From assembly GCA_964577685.1 (NCBI GenBank), contig CAZNZT010000007.1, forward strand, positions 1 to 64,000: a DNA stretch of 64,000 nt, written 5' to 3'. How positions within the stretch are numbered: position 1 is the first letter of the stretch; each line of letters starts with the position of its first letter. This document shows positions 1 through 9,813 of this stretch, one piece after another. A model generated the notes under the pieces. The model was not told where the DNA came from, did no database searches, and saw only the letters and a program-made list of their open reading frames with translations. The translations under genes and the position numbers were made by a program. Source of the DNA: an uncultured Methanosarcinales archaeon (GTDB lineage: Archaea > Nanobdellota > Nanobdellia > Woesearchaeales > JACPBV01).

Positions 1-670
1 TGTTTGAACTATAGTAAAGATAAATACCATCCCCCTCATTCCAACTTGAATTTATGTTTACTAATGTATTATTGTCACCATTACTAATATAAATACCATC
101 ATCAGTGTTGTTTATTGCGGTTATACCGCTTAACTGGTTGTTTTCACTATAGCTAAGATAGATACCATCACCCTCATTCCAACTTGAATTTATATTTGCT
201 AATGTGTTATTGTCACTACCATAAATATGGATACCTCTATAGTTATTGTTTATTGTAGTTATACCACTTAACTGGTTGTTTGAACTACCCTCAAGGTAAA
301 TACCATCATACCCATTCCAACTCGAAGTTATATTCACTAATGTGTTATTGTAACTGCTATCAGTATGGATACCACTCCCCTCATTCACCCACTCCCCATT
401 CCAACTTGAATTTATATTTACTAATGTGTTATTGTCACCATTACTAATATGAATGCCATCATCAGTGTTGTCTATTGTGCTTATACCACTTAACTGGTTG
501 TTTGAGCTGTAGGAAAGATAGATACCATCACCCCCATTCCAACTTGAATTTATATTTGCTAATGTGTTATTGTCACCATTACTAATATGAATGCCATCAT
601 CAGTGTTGTCTATTGTGCTTATACCACTTAACTGGTTGTTTGAACTAGAAAAGAGATAGATACCACCATA
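1..670 (-). repeat. Coding tandem repeat, 138-bp (46-aa) unit encoding two beta-helix turns
   Basis: CCAACT(T/C)GAA recurs at 41, 179, 317, 401 and 539. The units at 401-538 and 539-670 are nearly identical in DNA. Confidence 0.9.
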
Positions 671-3600
671 GGACTTTGTTGTATTAATACTAGATAGGTT
701 TCCATAATTTACATTTACAAAACGAATACCGTATCTATAATCCCCGGAAGCTGCTTGCTCACCTTTTTGTATGTTACAGTTGTAGATTTTTGTATAATTT
801 TGGTTTGAGTAAATCCCATAGTATGTATTTCCAGATGAATTACCATAAATTATACCATAACCTTTACAATCCAAAGTTACATTATAGGCTGTAATGTTAA
901 AGCAGGTTCCCGTTGAACTTACATTTTGGGTAAGGTGGTAAGTCACATTTTCTTGGTTAAGTGGTTGGCATGAGCTAATGTTCTGGGTAAATGAAAAGAT
1001 GGTGGCTTCATCGCTGGCATTTAATGGTTCATAACCTAAAGATGAGCCATTACAACTTACATTGAAATAATAGTCTCCAGCAGAACTAAAGCTTCTGTTA
1101 TACTCATATAGCTTTGTTATTTGGTTGAATGTCATGTTGAATGGGCCATATGGTGTGGTGTTGAAAGTGATGTTGCAGTAAACACTGGAACCGTTGATTG
1201 ATTCTCCAGATGTTATATTAGTATAATTTGCATAGAAGTATACATTTTGGTTTACATATTTTGTAGTTGAGTCTGTATCATCCCAGATAACTAATTTAGA
1301 GTTCGCTGAAGAGGCATAAGAAGTGAAATGAGTTACATTAAAAGATAAATTTCCTGAGTTATAGCTGTTTATTTTGCAAATACTAGAGCTGCATGGATTG
1401 CCGTTTCTTAAAATTATTGGAGTTTGCGAGTAGGGCAGGCTATAAAATTCTATTTTTGCTGATTTGTTGAGTTTTGGCAAGGCAGAAGAATCTATTTCTA
1501 TGTAATTATTAGTTATATTTACATAACTATCTATATCTGCACCCCCTGATAGATTTACAGATTCTGTAAAGTTAATCTTTGCAATATTTGATTTTTCTAT
1601 ATAGAAGTTTGTTATGTTGGAGATATTTACATTTGATAAGTTAGTGCCGTTAAATTCAGTGAGCTTTATTATGGTGATTGTGCGCGCTAAACTTGAGTTT
1701 TCATTTCCAGAAACATCAGTGCAGTTAATCTGCCATGTGTATGAACCAACAGGCAGTGTAAGATTGAATTCTTGCGTTATATTTTTTGTTATGTTTGTAT
1801 CTGTCTTGTTAATCTTGTTGTCTATGATTAAAGAGCAGTTTGTTATATTGCTTAAATCAGTTACATTATAACTGAATGTTACATTCCCATCATTGTCTGT
1901 ATATCCATCTGCGGGATATATTATGGTTATTGTTGGTGGTGTTGTATCTCGTATCACATTTATGCTTATATTCCTGACTTCACTCCCTCCCTGATTCCCT
2001 GCTTCATCTGTACAATTAATGCTCCAATTATAGTTTCCATTAATTAAATACACTGTTATATTCTGGGTTGTATCTTTAGTTATGCTTGTGCCTGTCTTAT
2101 TTATCTTATTATTTATTATCAAGCTACAATTGTCAATATTGCTTTTGTCCGTGACATTATAGTAGAAGTCTATGGTATTTGTTGTTGTATTTAGGGTGTT
2201 GTTTGCTGGTGCTTCAAGGTTTATTATTGGTGAGGTCAAATCATAAATTAATGTGAAGTTGCTTTCATTGAAAATACAGTTTGAGGAGTTGTCACAAACA
2301 TAATAATTCCAGTAGAATGTGTCTTCATAAGGCAGGGTTAAACTTAAGTTGGTTGAGTTTTTAGTTCCCGATATATTTGTTGCATTCGTGGCTATTAAAT
2401 CTCCTGTTGAGTTCCATAGGTATAGGGTTGTGTTAGAAAGTTGAACGTCATCAGTGTGATTAGCAAAAAAGTAATTCAAAGACGAATTTGTAGATGAGGA
2501 GTTAGGGGGAGAGATTAAGAGGACTGATGGATAAACAACATCTTTCCCCTTCACCTCCTCCACCTCAAAACTTAATTCATTATCACTTTCATTTATATTA
2601 TAAAATTCAAATTTAATCCAAGCAGACGAGCGAGAAGTATTGGAGATTCTAACCTCATCAATTAGTCCATCATAAGGATAGCTCCCATCATTTCTTGAAC
2701 CAATTGTCATATTGACATCATTTAGAGAAGGATTGCCTCCAGCATTTGTTCCTTGCGAGATTCCATCTTTATAAAAAGTTGTAGTTGAACCATCCCATGT
2801 TATTGTTACAAGTGACCAAGAACCAGTGGTTAAAGCTACTGTTGCAGATTTATAACCTCCTCCATATTTATAATAAAGAGTGTCGCTAAGATACATAGCT
2901 CCATATCCTGTTCCAGAATCGGAATTAGAAAATTTACATAAGAAATAATCATTTCCTATACTTTCTCTATTTAACCAAGCTTCAATAGTCAAAGAGCCCT
3001 GCAAGTCTAAATTACCATTTTCAAGAATAAAAATAGCATCACCTGTTCCATCTTCAAAATCTACTGCTTTGTGTATCTTTCCTGTTTGATTAAAACTAGG
3101 GCTTCCAGAAATTGAAGAGCCATTATTTCCATTAGACGTACTGTCATAAAACTCAGAAATGTTTTCTCCACTCATATGCCAAACTGCAACATAATCACTA
3201 TCCCACACATTCGCAGCATCTTCTCCATCTGTTGCAGAAGCATATCCGTAGTACATATAAATATCTGTTGTAGAAGATGAGGAAATTAAAGGAACTTTTA
3301 CCCAGAATGTTCCATTTGCCTCACTTCCATCGCTTTCAAATGCCTCTCTTTCATAACTTAACAAAGTTGAGCCATCTGAAGAAGTAAATCTTATGTCATA
3401 ACCATTAGTTCTTGCATGACTTCCTATATCGGAATCATTCTCAAACTTTACAAGCAATGGGAAATTAGTTAAATCACTATCTATATTGGTGTTGTTTATT
3501 GTTATCTTTTTTCTGTAGGTCCATCCTGAGAGCCACGATACATAATTCACACTTAAATTTCTCACTTCACTTTCTCCTGTATTTCCAGCTGAATCTGTAC

Positions 3601-6600
3601 AATTAATACTCCAGTTGTAGTTTCCATTAATTAAATAAACTGTTATATTTTGTGTTGCGTCTTTGGTTATGCTTGTGTCTGTTTTGTTTATTCTGTTGTT
3701 TATTATTAAACTGCAGTTGTCAATATCGCTTGAATCAGTTACATTATAGTAAAAGTCAATTGTGTTTGTTGTGTCATTTAAAGTGTTGTTTGCTGGCGCT
3801 ATTAGGGTTATTGTTGGGAGTATAGAATCAATTCTTATTGTTCTTACCTCAGTCGCATTTTCATTATCAGAAGAATCTTTTGCATAAGCATAATAAGTAT
3901 ATAAGCCATCATCTAATCCGTCAGTAGTATTCTTGCTTTGGTTTATATAGAAGTACCATTGTGTTTGATTATATTTTTGTAGGTTTGAAACATAGAGTTC
4001 GTAGATTTCCTGATCAGACAAACTTCTATTGTATATTCTAATTTCATCAATTAGTCCATTAAAGTAACCACCAGAAGTATAGTCATCCCATCCGATTTCA
4101 GTAGGACTTGTATAGCAATTCATGTTAGCTGTTACAGAACCCACTAAAACCTGTATTGTTTGTTTGATTCCATCAATGTATAGGGATACTGAGGAGCCGT
4201 TGTTAGGATGAACTGCTACAACATGGTGCCAGTTACTATCTGTTATAGTTGTTGTAGTTTCTATACCGTTTTGATTTCCACACGCGTTGTTCCAAGAGAA
4301 ACCGAGTTTGTTATCATTTCTAATACTGAACCAGTAGGAGTATACTGTAGCAGAACTTCTCTGAGCAACAATTACATCATATGCTCCTGTTGATAATCTT
4401 TTTGTCCAAGCTGAGATTGTAAATGGCTGACCGCTTAAATTTATATCGTGAATTACATTAATATAGTCTCCTGAACCATCAAATTCAAAAGCTCCGCTGT
4501 ATTTTCCTCCGGTTAAGTTTGGATGGGCATCTCCATACACAGTCCCATTATTCTCATATCTGCTTAAATCAACTACATATGTGTTATTTTCACCCAAACT
4601 TGAGCGATTGTCAAAATTTAACATTAAAACAAGGCTGTCATCATAGATGGTATAGTTGGTTCCATTCCAATTGAATTTAAATTCATTAATGTTAGACTCA
4701 ACTACACTTACATTTATTTCTATTGCAGTATTTGTTGTGGTTGTTCCGTTAGCTGGGGTTGGTGGAGTAAAGTTAATAAATGGTCCAGAAGGATCAACCA
4801 CATAGTCATATTCAACATCTCCTAAACTTCTCAAATCAAATGTGTCTTGCTCGTGGGTTAAGTTTGTAAGATAAACTTTGTATTTATTATAACTTGTTAT
4901 GTTTTCAAACTTAGCGATTAATTGGTTGTTGTCAGCCTCATAAACCTCAATGCTTGCTGTTTCATTTGAACGAGCATATACAGTTATGTCCCTGTCTGAA
5001 GTCAACTTTCTGTAAAAAGTAACTCTTAAATAATGTCCAGAAGGTATTAATGTGTAGTTATTATCTCTACTTTTAACATAATCATAAACATCTTCTATAA
5101 AAGTCCTGTTCTCATCTAAATGCTCTGCTTTACTAATCTCTATAATCAACTCATAAGTTTGATTGCTAAGATGAGGAACAATCCATTCAATATAGTCAAT
5201 TAGGCCATTATTGTTTTTATCATAATAGTTAATGTCCTTTACCCTTGTTCTTGTTCCGTTTGTTATTTGATAAAGCCTAATCTTGTTTTTTGGCGTGTCA
5301 TTTATGTAGGTATATGCTGTAATGTTCTCATAATGAACATCAGAGTGAATAGTAACCCTCTTGCCGTTTGTTATGTTTTCTTCTTCAGAAATCGGGGCTT
5401 CTGTGTAATATTCTATGGCAACATAATCAACTATGTCTTCTATGATTGCTGATGTTGTGTTTGTTTTATTTTCACTTGGTTCAATGACAGTGTATCCTGT
5501 GATTTCTATATTAAATAACCACTCAATAAGTTTAGTTAATAGCCCTTTTTTCTTATATGCAGTAACATAACCTGTTAGTTTATTTTTTTCGTTTTTCAGT
5601 TCTAATAACCTTTTGTTTATCTCTAGAATCTTGTTTTTAGCTGTTGGTTCTTTCTTTGTTGTTTTTAATTTTTTGTTTATTAATCTCCTTTCAAGTTTTT
5701 TGATTTGTTTTATTCTTTTTTCTGCCTTGTATGTTGAAATATTCTTAATAATCCCTGAGTCGTTTATTTTTATTCTTTTTTCATCTATAGTTTTATTGTT
5801 TTTCAGGTCCTTTACTGTTAGATTTAGAGCATATGGTGATATGTTGACACTTAGATTGATTACTTTGTCTGATGTGTTTATAATCTTAATCCATTTTACT
5901 TCTTTGTTAATTACTATCTTTGGTTTGATTAACTTCTCAGATATATTAACATCTGTTGGTGATGCTGGTTTTTCAATAACTTCTATTGTAAATGTATTGG
6001 AGCTTATGTTGTAGGAGCCATCTGAGGCATAGAATAGTATTTTCCTTTTTCCTGTAAAGTTTTTATCTGGTATTAGGTTAACAATGTCTTTATCAATAAT
6101 GATTGTTAAGTTTTTTGTTTCTTTTGCATAGTACTTTATTTTATCTTTATCTTTGTCCTTGAAGTATTTACTTAGATTTATTTTTGCTGTTTCATCTTTG
6201 TAGATGGTTATGTTGCTTATATTTGAGACTAATTCTGGGAGATTCAAAGAGGCATTTGTTTTTTTAATTATGGTATATCTTATCTTGTTTATGCTGAGGT
6301 TTGTGTTGTTTGTTATAACTGTTATTGTGTAGTTTGTTTCGTTAAATCCTAAGAGATAGCATGTTTCTATGCAAATATCTTTAAAGTTGATTGTTTCATA
6401 ATAGAATTTTACATTAACTCCGATTGTGTCTGAGTAGATAATCTCTGAATATGGATTTTTTATGTTTAGTGAATAATTTGCGTATATGATTTTTGCTTTT
6501 ATTATGTTTCTAAGTTTGCTGTTGTATCTTTTGTAACTTAGGTATAGTGTTTCATTCCAAGCCCCTTTGCTTTTTAGTCCAATTAAAGCACAACAATCTT

Positions 6601-7405
6601 CATTTCCATAACATAGGCTTATATTGTTTATATCCCACTTAGTACAGAGTTTGCCATAATCAACATTCCAGTTGAATCTGCCAGCTATATCGAATTTGAG
6701 TATGTTATTTATTGAGGTCTTATTCTTTCCTTTGAGTTCTATTATTATTGATTTATTTGTGGATTTGTTTTTTATTTCTTCTGATATTATCTTGAATGTT
6801 TCTTTTTTTGGTTTGTATTCTGGTAGCCTCTTGCTGTCAAATATTAAATATTCCTTGTTTTTGTGGCTTATATATGCCTTGGCATATCCTTCTTTCCCAA
6901 TACTCCCGTCAATGCTTATTTTTGCTAGCGTTCCGTTTGTTTTTAGTATTATCTTATATTCTGTGTTTTTGTTTATTGTTAGATTGATATTTTTGGAGTA
7001 GTTTATTTCTTTGTCTATTATTACATAGCCTGCTGGTGTTGGCTTTTGGATAAGCAGCGTTGTGAAGATTAGTGAGAACAATATTAATGCCATAATTGAA
7101 TTTTTTGCTAAGATAGTTATTTTTTCTTTCTCAATAATCCTTTCAATGTATTCTTTGTTTGATGTTGATTTTTTAAGTGCAGTTTCTATACTTTTTAGCG
7201 AGTAACCTTTTTTTCTGTTTTCTTTTATGTACTTTTTTATTTCCTGTTCTAGTAGCCATTCCCTCTCTTTCTCTAAAAATTCTTCTATATATTCTAGGTC
7301 AATGTACTCTAGAAGAGCTTTTTTTATTGCTTCTATAGAGTAACCTTTACTTAAATTTTCTTTTATGTACTTCTTTAGTCTTTTTTCTAGCCTATTTCTT
7401 TTCAA
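1..7405 (-). CDS. Giant membrane-anchored surface protein/adhesin, >2468 aa, 3' end beyond window. N-terminal helical repeats, TM helix, Cys-rich domain, LamG x2, DUF2341, Ig-like repeats, parallel beta-helix (PbH1/NosD-like) repeats
   Basis: Manual translation from TTG at 7405 (MKRNRLEKRLKKYIKENLSKGYSIEAIKKALL...). The frame matches at position 1 and at internal checkpoints, and the ORF track shows no terminated minus ORF here. Motifs: YFNGLIDEIRIYNRSLS and YDGLIDEVRISNTSRS (LamG), WTYRKKITIN...DIRFTS...FWVKVP (DUF2341), GIYL..SSNNQL repeats. Exact start codon uncertain. Confidence 0.88.
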   Translation of the reverse strand, partial: MKRNRLEKRLKKYIKENLSKGYSIEAIKKALLEYIDLEYIEEFLEKEREWLLEQEIKKYIKENRKKGYSLKSIETALKKSTSNKEYIERIIEKEKITILAKNSIMALILFSLIFTTLLIQKPTPAGYVIIDKEINYSKNINLTINKNTEYKIILKTNGTLAKISIDGSIGKEGYAKAYISHKNKEYLIFDSKRLPEYKPKKETFKIISEEIKNKSTNKSIIIELKGKNKTSINNILKFDIAGRFNWNVDYGKLCTKWDINNISLCYGNEDCCALIGLKSKGAWNETLYLSYKRYNSKLRNIIKAKIIYANYSLNIKNPYSEIIYSDTIGVNVKFYYETINFKDICIETCYLLGFNETNYTITVITNNTNLSINKIRYTIIKKTNASLNLPELVSNISNITIYKDETAKINLSKYFKDKDKDKIKYYAKETKNLTIIIDKDIVNLIPDKNFTGKRKILFYASDGSYNISSNTFTIEVIEKPASPTDVNISEKLIKPKIVINKEVKWIKIINTSDKVINLSVNISPYALNLTVKDLKNNKTIDEKRIKINDSGIIKNISTYKAEKRIKQIKKLERRLINKKLKTTKKEPTAKNKILEINKRLLELKNEKNKLTGYVTAYKKKGLLTKLIEWLFNIEITGYTVIEPSENKTNTTSAIIEDIVDYVAIEYYTEAPISEEENITNGKRVTIHSDVHYENITAYTYINDTPKNKIRLYQITNGTRTRVKDINYYDKNNNGLIDYIEWIVPHLSNQTYELIIEISKAEHLDENRTFIEDVYDYVKSRDNNYTLIPSGHYLRVTFYRKLTSDRDITVYARSNETASIEVYEADNNQLIAKFENITSYNKYKVYLTNLTHEQDTFDLRSLGDVEYDYVVDPSGPFINFTPPTPANGTTTTNTAIEINVSVVESNINEFKFNWNGTNYTIYDDSLVLMLNFDNRSSLGENNTYVVDLSRYENNGTVYGDAHPNLTGGKYSGAFEFDGSGDYINVIHDINLSGQPFTISAWTKRLSTGAYDVIVAQRSSATVYSYWFSIRNDNKLGFSWNNACGNQNGIETTTTITDSNWHHVVAVHPNNGSSVSLYIDGIKQTIQVLVGSVTANMNCYTSPTEIGWDDYTSGGYFNGLIDEIRIYNRSLSDQEIYELYVSNLQKYNQTQWYFYINQSKNTTDGLDDGLYTYYAYAKDSSDNENATEVRTIRIDSILPTITLIAPANNTLNDTTNTIDFYYNVTDSSDIDNCSLIINNRINKTDTSITKDATQNITVYLINGNYNWSINCTDSAGNTGESEVRNLSVNYVSWLSGWTYRKKITINNTNIDSDLTNFPLLVKFENDSDIGSHARTNGYDIRFTSSDGSTLLSYEREAFESDGSEANGTFWVKVPLISSSSTTDIYMYYGYASATDGEDAANVWDSDYVAVWHMSGENISEFYDSTSNGNNGSSISGSPSFNQTGKIHKAVDFEDGTGDAIFILENGNLDLQGSLTIEAWLNRESIGNDYFLCKFSNSDSGTGYGAMYLSDTLYYKYGGGYKSATVALTTGSWSLVTITWDGSTTTFYKDGISQGTNAGGNPSLNDVNMTIGSRNDGSYPYDGLIDEVRISNTSRSSAWIKFEFYNINESDNELSFEVEEVKGKDVVYPSVLLISPPNSSSTNSSLNYFFANHTDDVQLSNTTLYLWNSTGDLIATNATNISGTKNSTNLSLTLPYEDTFYWNYYVCDNSSNCIFNESNFTLIYDLTSPIINLEAPANNTLNTTTNTIDFYYNVTDKSNIDNCSLIINNKINKTGTSITKDTTQNITVYLINGNYNWSINCTDEAGNQGGSEVRNISINVIRDTTPPTITIIYPADGYTDNDGNVTFSYNVTDLSNITNCSLIIDNKINKTDTNITKNITQEFNLTLPVGSYTWQINCTDVSGNENSSLARTITIIKLTEFNGTNLSNVNISNITNFYIEKSNIAKINFTESVNLSGGADIDSYVNITNNYIEIDSSALPKLNKSAKIEFYSLPYSQTPIILRNGNPCSSSICKINSYNSGNLSFNVTHFTSYASSANSKLVIWDDTDSTTKYVNQNVYFYANYTNITSGESINGSSVYCNITFNTTPYGPFNMTFNQITKLYEYNRSFSSAGDYYFNVSCNGSSLGYEPLNASDEATIFSFTQNISSCQPLNQENVTYHLTQNVSSTGTCFNITAYNVTLDCKGYGIIYGNSSGNTYYGIYSNQNYTKIYNCNIQKGEQAASGDYRYGIRFVNVNYGNLSSINTTKSYGGIYLFSSSNNQLSGISTIDNTDDGIHISNGDNNTLANINSSWNGGDGIYLSYSSNNQLSGISTIDNTDDGIHISNGDNNTLVNINSSWNGEWVNEGSGIHTDSSYNNTLVNITSSWNGYDGIYLEGSSNNQLSGITTINNNYRGIHIYGSDNNTLANINSSWNEGDGIYLSYSENNQLSGITAINNTDDGIYISNGDNNTLVNINSSWNEGDGIYLYYSSN

Positions 7406-7919
7406 TTTGCATCTTTTTTATTGATTTGTTGTAGACTGTCCAGATTGTTCTGTCATCTCTGTTTAGCAATTTGGCTATTTGGTGATATCTTAGATTGTAG
7501 TTTTCCTTTAGGAATTTGACAACTGATTCGAGAGCACTTAGTCTTCTTTCTTTGAATATTGATAAAGGGATAGGATATGTGTAATCTGATATGTCTAGCT
7601 TTTCCTTTAGTTTTTTTGAGGCATTAGAGTAAATCTTCCATATAACCCTGTAATCTCTGTAAAGCAGCTTTCCTATCTCTGTGAATTTTAGTTTTTTTTC
7701 TTCTTTCAGATATTTGACAATTGCTTCTAGAATTGTTAGCTTTTTATTTTTGAATATTGAGTTTGGTATTGAAGAACTTTTTCTTTTGTACTGGTTTTTT
7801 ATGGAATCTAGGATTGTGATAAGATTTTCTGCTGGAATCTTATTTTTATTAACTAGCTCTTGGATGAATAGGTCTAGTAGAATATGTGTGTGGCTTGTTG
7901 ATGTTCCCATTCTTGACAT
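7392..7919 (-). CDS. Putative DNA-binding regulator with two tandem HTH-like domains
   Basis: Internal duplication IPxSIFKxxxLxxLExxVKxLKExxxLxxxxIxKLLxRDxRxIWxxY. Overlaps the start of the giant gene. Confidence 0.7.
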   Translation of the reverse strand: MSRMGTSTSHTHILLDLFIQELVNKNKIPAENLITILDSIKNQYKRKSSSIPNSIFKNKKLTILEAIVKYLKEEKKLKFTEIGKLLYRDYRVIWKIYSNASKKLKEKLDISDYTYPIPLSIFKERRLSALESVVKFLKENYNLRYHQIAKLLNRDDRTIWTVYNKSIKKMQIEKK

Positions 7920-7972
7920 TTAAAATAATAAAAAATAAGTATTTTTATATATAAAATTTTCTATTTATATAG

Positions 7973-8071
7973 TATAAAATAAGTAAAAAATAATTCTAAA
8001 TATGTAAAAAGTAATATAAAATAAGTAAATTTTTATATTTATTTTGATTAATGTAATATAAAATAAGTAAA
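7973..8071. repeat. Three exact 15-bp direct repeats TATAAAATAAGTAAA at 42-bp spacing in an AT-rich divergent intergenic region
   Basis: Copies start at 7973, 8015 and 8057. Confidence 0.8.
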
Positions 8072-8172
8072 ACATAATAAATAATAAGTATTAATATAAT
8101 TTAAGATTTTGTTAGTAGTGTTGTTTGTCTTAAAAGCAAATTATTTAAAAATAAAGGCTTTTTTCTATTAGG

Positions 8173-8460
8173 ATGATGAAGATTGATAGGGCATTAGTAG
8201 AACATGTAGCAAGATTAGCAAGACTAAAATTAAGTGAAAAGGAAATAGTGAAGTTTCTACCAGAGCTTAAGGAGATACTTGGGGCTTTCTCTAAGATTAG
8301 TGAGGTGGATACAGAGAATATTGAATCAAGTTTTCATCCTGTTGAGCTTAAGAATTTTATGAGAGAAGATGAGCCTGAAGAATCTTTGACCCAGTCTGAT
8401 TCTTTAGCTTTAGCTACGCATAATAAGGATGGCTATTTTAAGGGACCAAGGGTTGTTTGA
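8173..8460 (+). CDS. gatC: Asp/Glu-tRNA amidotransferase subunit C
   Basis: VEHVARLARLKLSEKE...MREDE...GYFKGPRV; first gene of the gatCAB operon. Confidence 0.95.
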   Translation: MMKIDRALVEHVARLARLKLSEKEIVKFLPELKEILGAFSKISEVDTENIESSFHPVELKNFMREDEPEESLTQSDSLALATHNKDGYFKGPRVV

Positions 8461-9813
8461 ATGGAAAAGGCAAAGGATGTTATTGAGGAGGTAGAAAGAA
8501 TTAATAGGGAGTATAATTATTTTAATAATATAAGTTCTGAACTTGCTCTTGAGCAGGAGAAGGCTTTAAGTTCTGAGCCAAAGGGAAGACTGTATGGATA
8601 TTTCATATCTGTAAAGGATTGTATTTGCGTTAGGGGTGTTGAATCAAGGGCTGGTTCTAGTATTTTATCTGGCTATAAGCCTGTTTTTGATGCGACTGTC
8701 ATTGAGAAAGTGAAGCAAGAAGGCGGGATAATAATTGGTAAAACAAGTCAGGATGCATTCGGGTTTGGTAGCTTTTCTGTAAATGTTGGTTTAGATATGA
8801 AGATTCCATTAAATCCTTTTGATAAGGAAAGATGTTGTGGTGGTTCCTCTGGTGGTTCAGCTGGGATAACACAAAAGGCATCTTTTAGGCATATCTCTTT
8901 GGCTGAGTCTACTGGTGGTTCTATTGTTTGTCCTGCTTCTTTTTGTGGTGTTATTGGTTTGTGTCCCACTTACGGCAGAGTTTCAAGATACGGGTTGATA
9001 GATTATGCAAATTCTCTTGATAAGATTGGAGTAATGGCTAAATCCGTTAATGATATTGCATTGATGATGGAAATTATCACAGGTCATGATCCAAAAGATA
9101 GCACAAGTCTTGATGTTCCAGTACCTAAATATAGAGATTTTGTTGGGCCAGATATTAAAGGAATGAAAATAGGGATTATTAAGGATTTCTTTAGTGATGT
9201 GGTTGATAGCGAGGTAGTAGATAATGTAGAAGAAGGAATTAGCAGATTAGAGAGCGAAGGAGCAAAAATAGATAAAATTTCTCTGCCCTTAAACCAAAGG
9301 TACTCTGTTCCTACATACTATCTATTGGCTATGGCTGAGGCATCTACCAATCTTGCTAGGTTTTGTGGTATGCGGTATGGTGCTTTTGAGAAATTGGATG
9401 GCAGATTTAATGAGTATTTTACTAGGGTTAGGAGTAAATACTTTAATGAGGAGTCAAAGAGGAGGATAATAATTGGCACATTTGCAAGGATGGCTGGTTA
9501 TAGGGATGCGTATTATATAAAGGCAACAAAGGTAAGGACAACTCTCATTAGGGAATATAAGATAGCGTTCAAGAAGTTTGATCTCCTGGTTAGCCCAACA
9601 ATGCCTTTTGTAGCTCCTAGATTTTCTGAAATAGAGAAATTAACTCCTTTGCAGAGCTATATGTCTGACATTATAACTGTGGGACCTAATCTTGCTGGTT
9701 TGCCTCACATAACAATACCTGTTAAGAAAGACAAGATGCCTGTTGGATTAATGCTTATAGCTAACCATCTAGAAGAGGGAAAGTTGATACAGGCAGGTGC
9801 TAAGTTAGAATGA
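8461..9813 (+). CDS. gatA: Asp/Glu-tRNA amidotransferase subunit A
   Basis: Amidase signature: VKDCI, GGSSGGSA, ESTGGSI, PTYGRVSRYGL. Confidence 0.95.
   Translation: MEKAKDVIEEVERINREYNYFNNISSELALEQEKALSSEPKGRLYGYFISVKDCICVRGVESRAGSSILSGYKPVFDATVIEKVKQEGGIIIGKTSQDAFGFGSFSVNVGLDMKIPLNPFDKERCCGGSSGGSAGITQKASFRHISLAESTGGSIVCPASFCGVIGLCPTYGRVSRYGLIDYANSLDKIGVMAKSVNDIALMMEIITGHDPKDSTSLDVPVPKYRDFVGPDIKGMKIGIIKDFFSDVVDSEVVDNVEEGISRLESEGAKIDKISLPLNQRYSVPTYYLLAMAEASTNLARFCGMRYGAFEKLDGRFNEYFTRVRSKYFNEESKRRIIIGTFARMAGYRDAYYIKATKVRTTLIREYKIAFKKFDLLVSPTMPFVAPRFSEIEKLTPLQSYMSDIITVGPNLAGLPHITIPVKKDKMPVGLMLIANHLEEGKLIQAGAKLE

Noticed and set aside
1..670. CRISPR array or DGR template/variable repeat pair
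   Set aside because: Repeats are in-frame coding units without unique spacers, differences are not adenine-specific, and there is no cas or reverse transcriptase gene in the window.
1614..7001. Plus-strand ORFs in the track (85, 61, 61, 133, 109 and 63 aa)
   Set aside because: Antisense shadows of the giant minus-strand gene; F/L/I/S-rich composition typical of reversed K/N/E codons.
7921..8170. Replication origin
   Set aside because: No adjacent cdc6/orc1, no G-string ORB motif, and strand bias looks the same on both sides.
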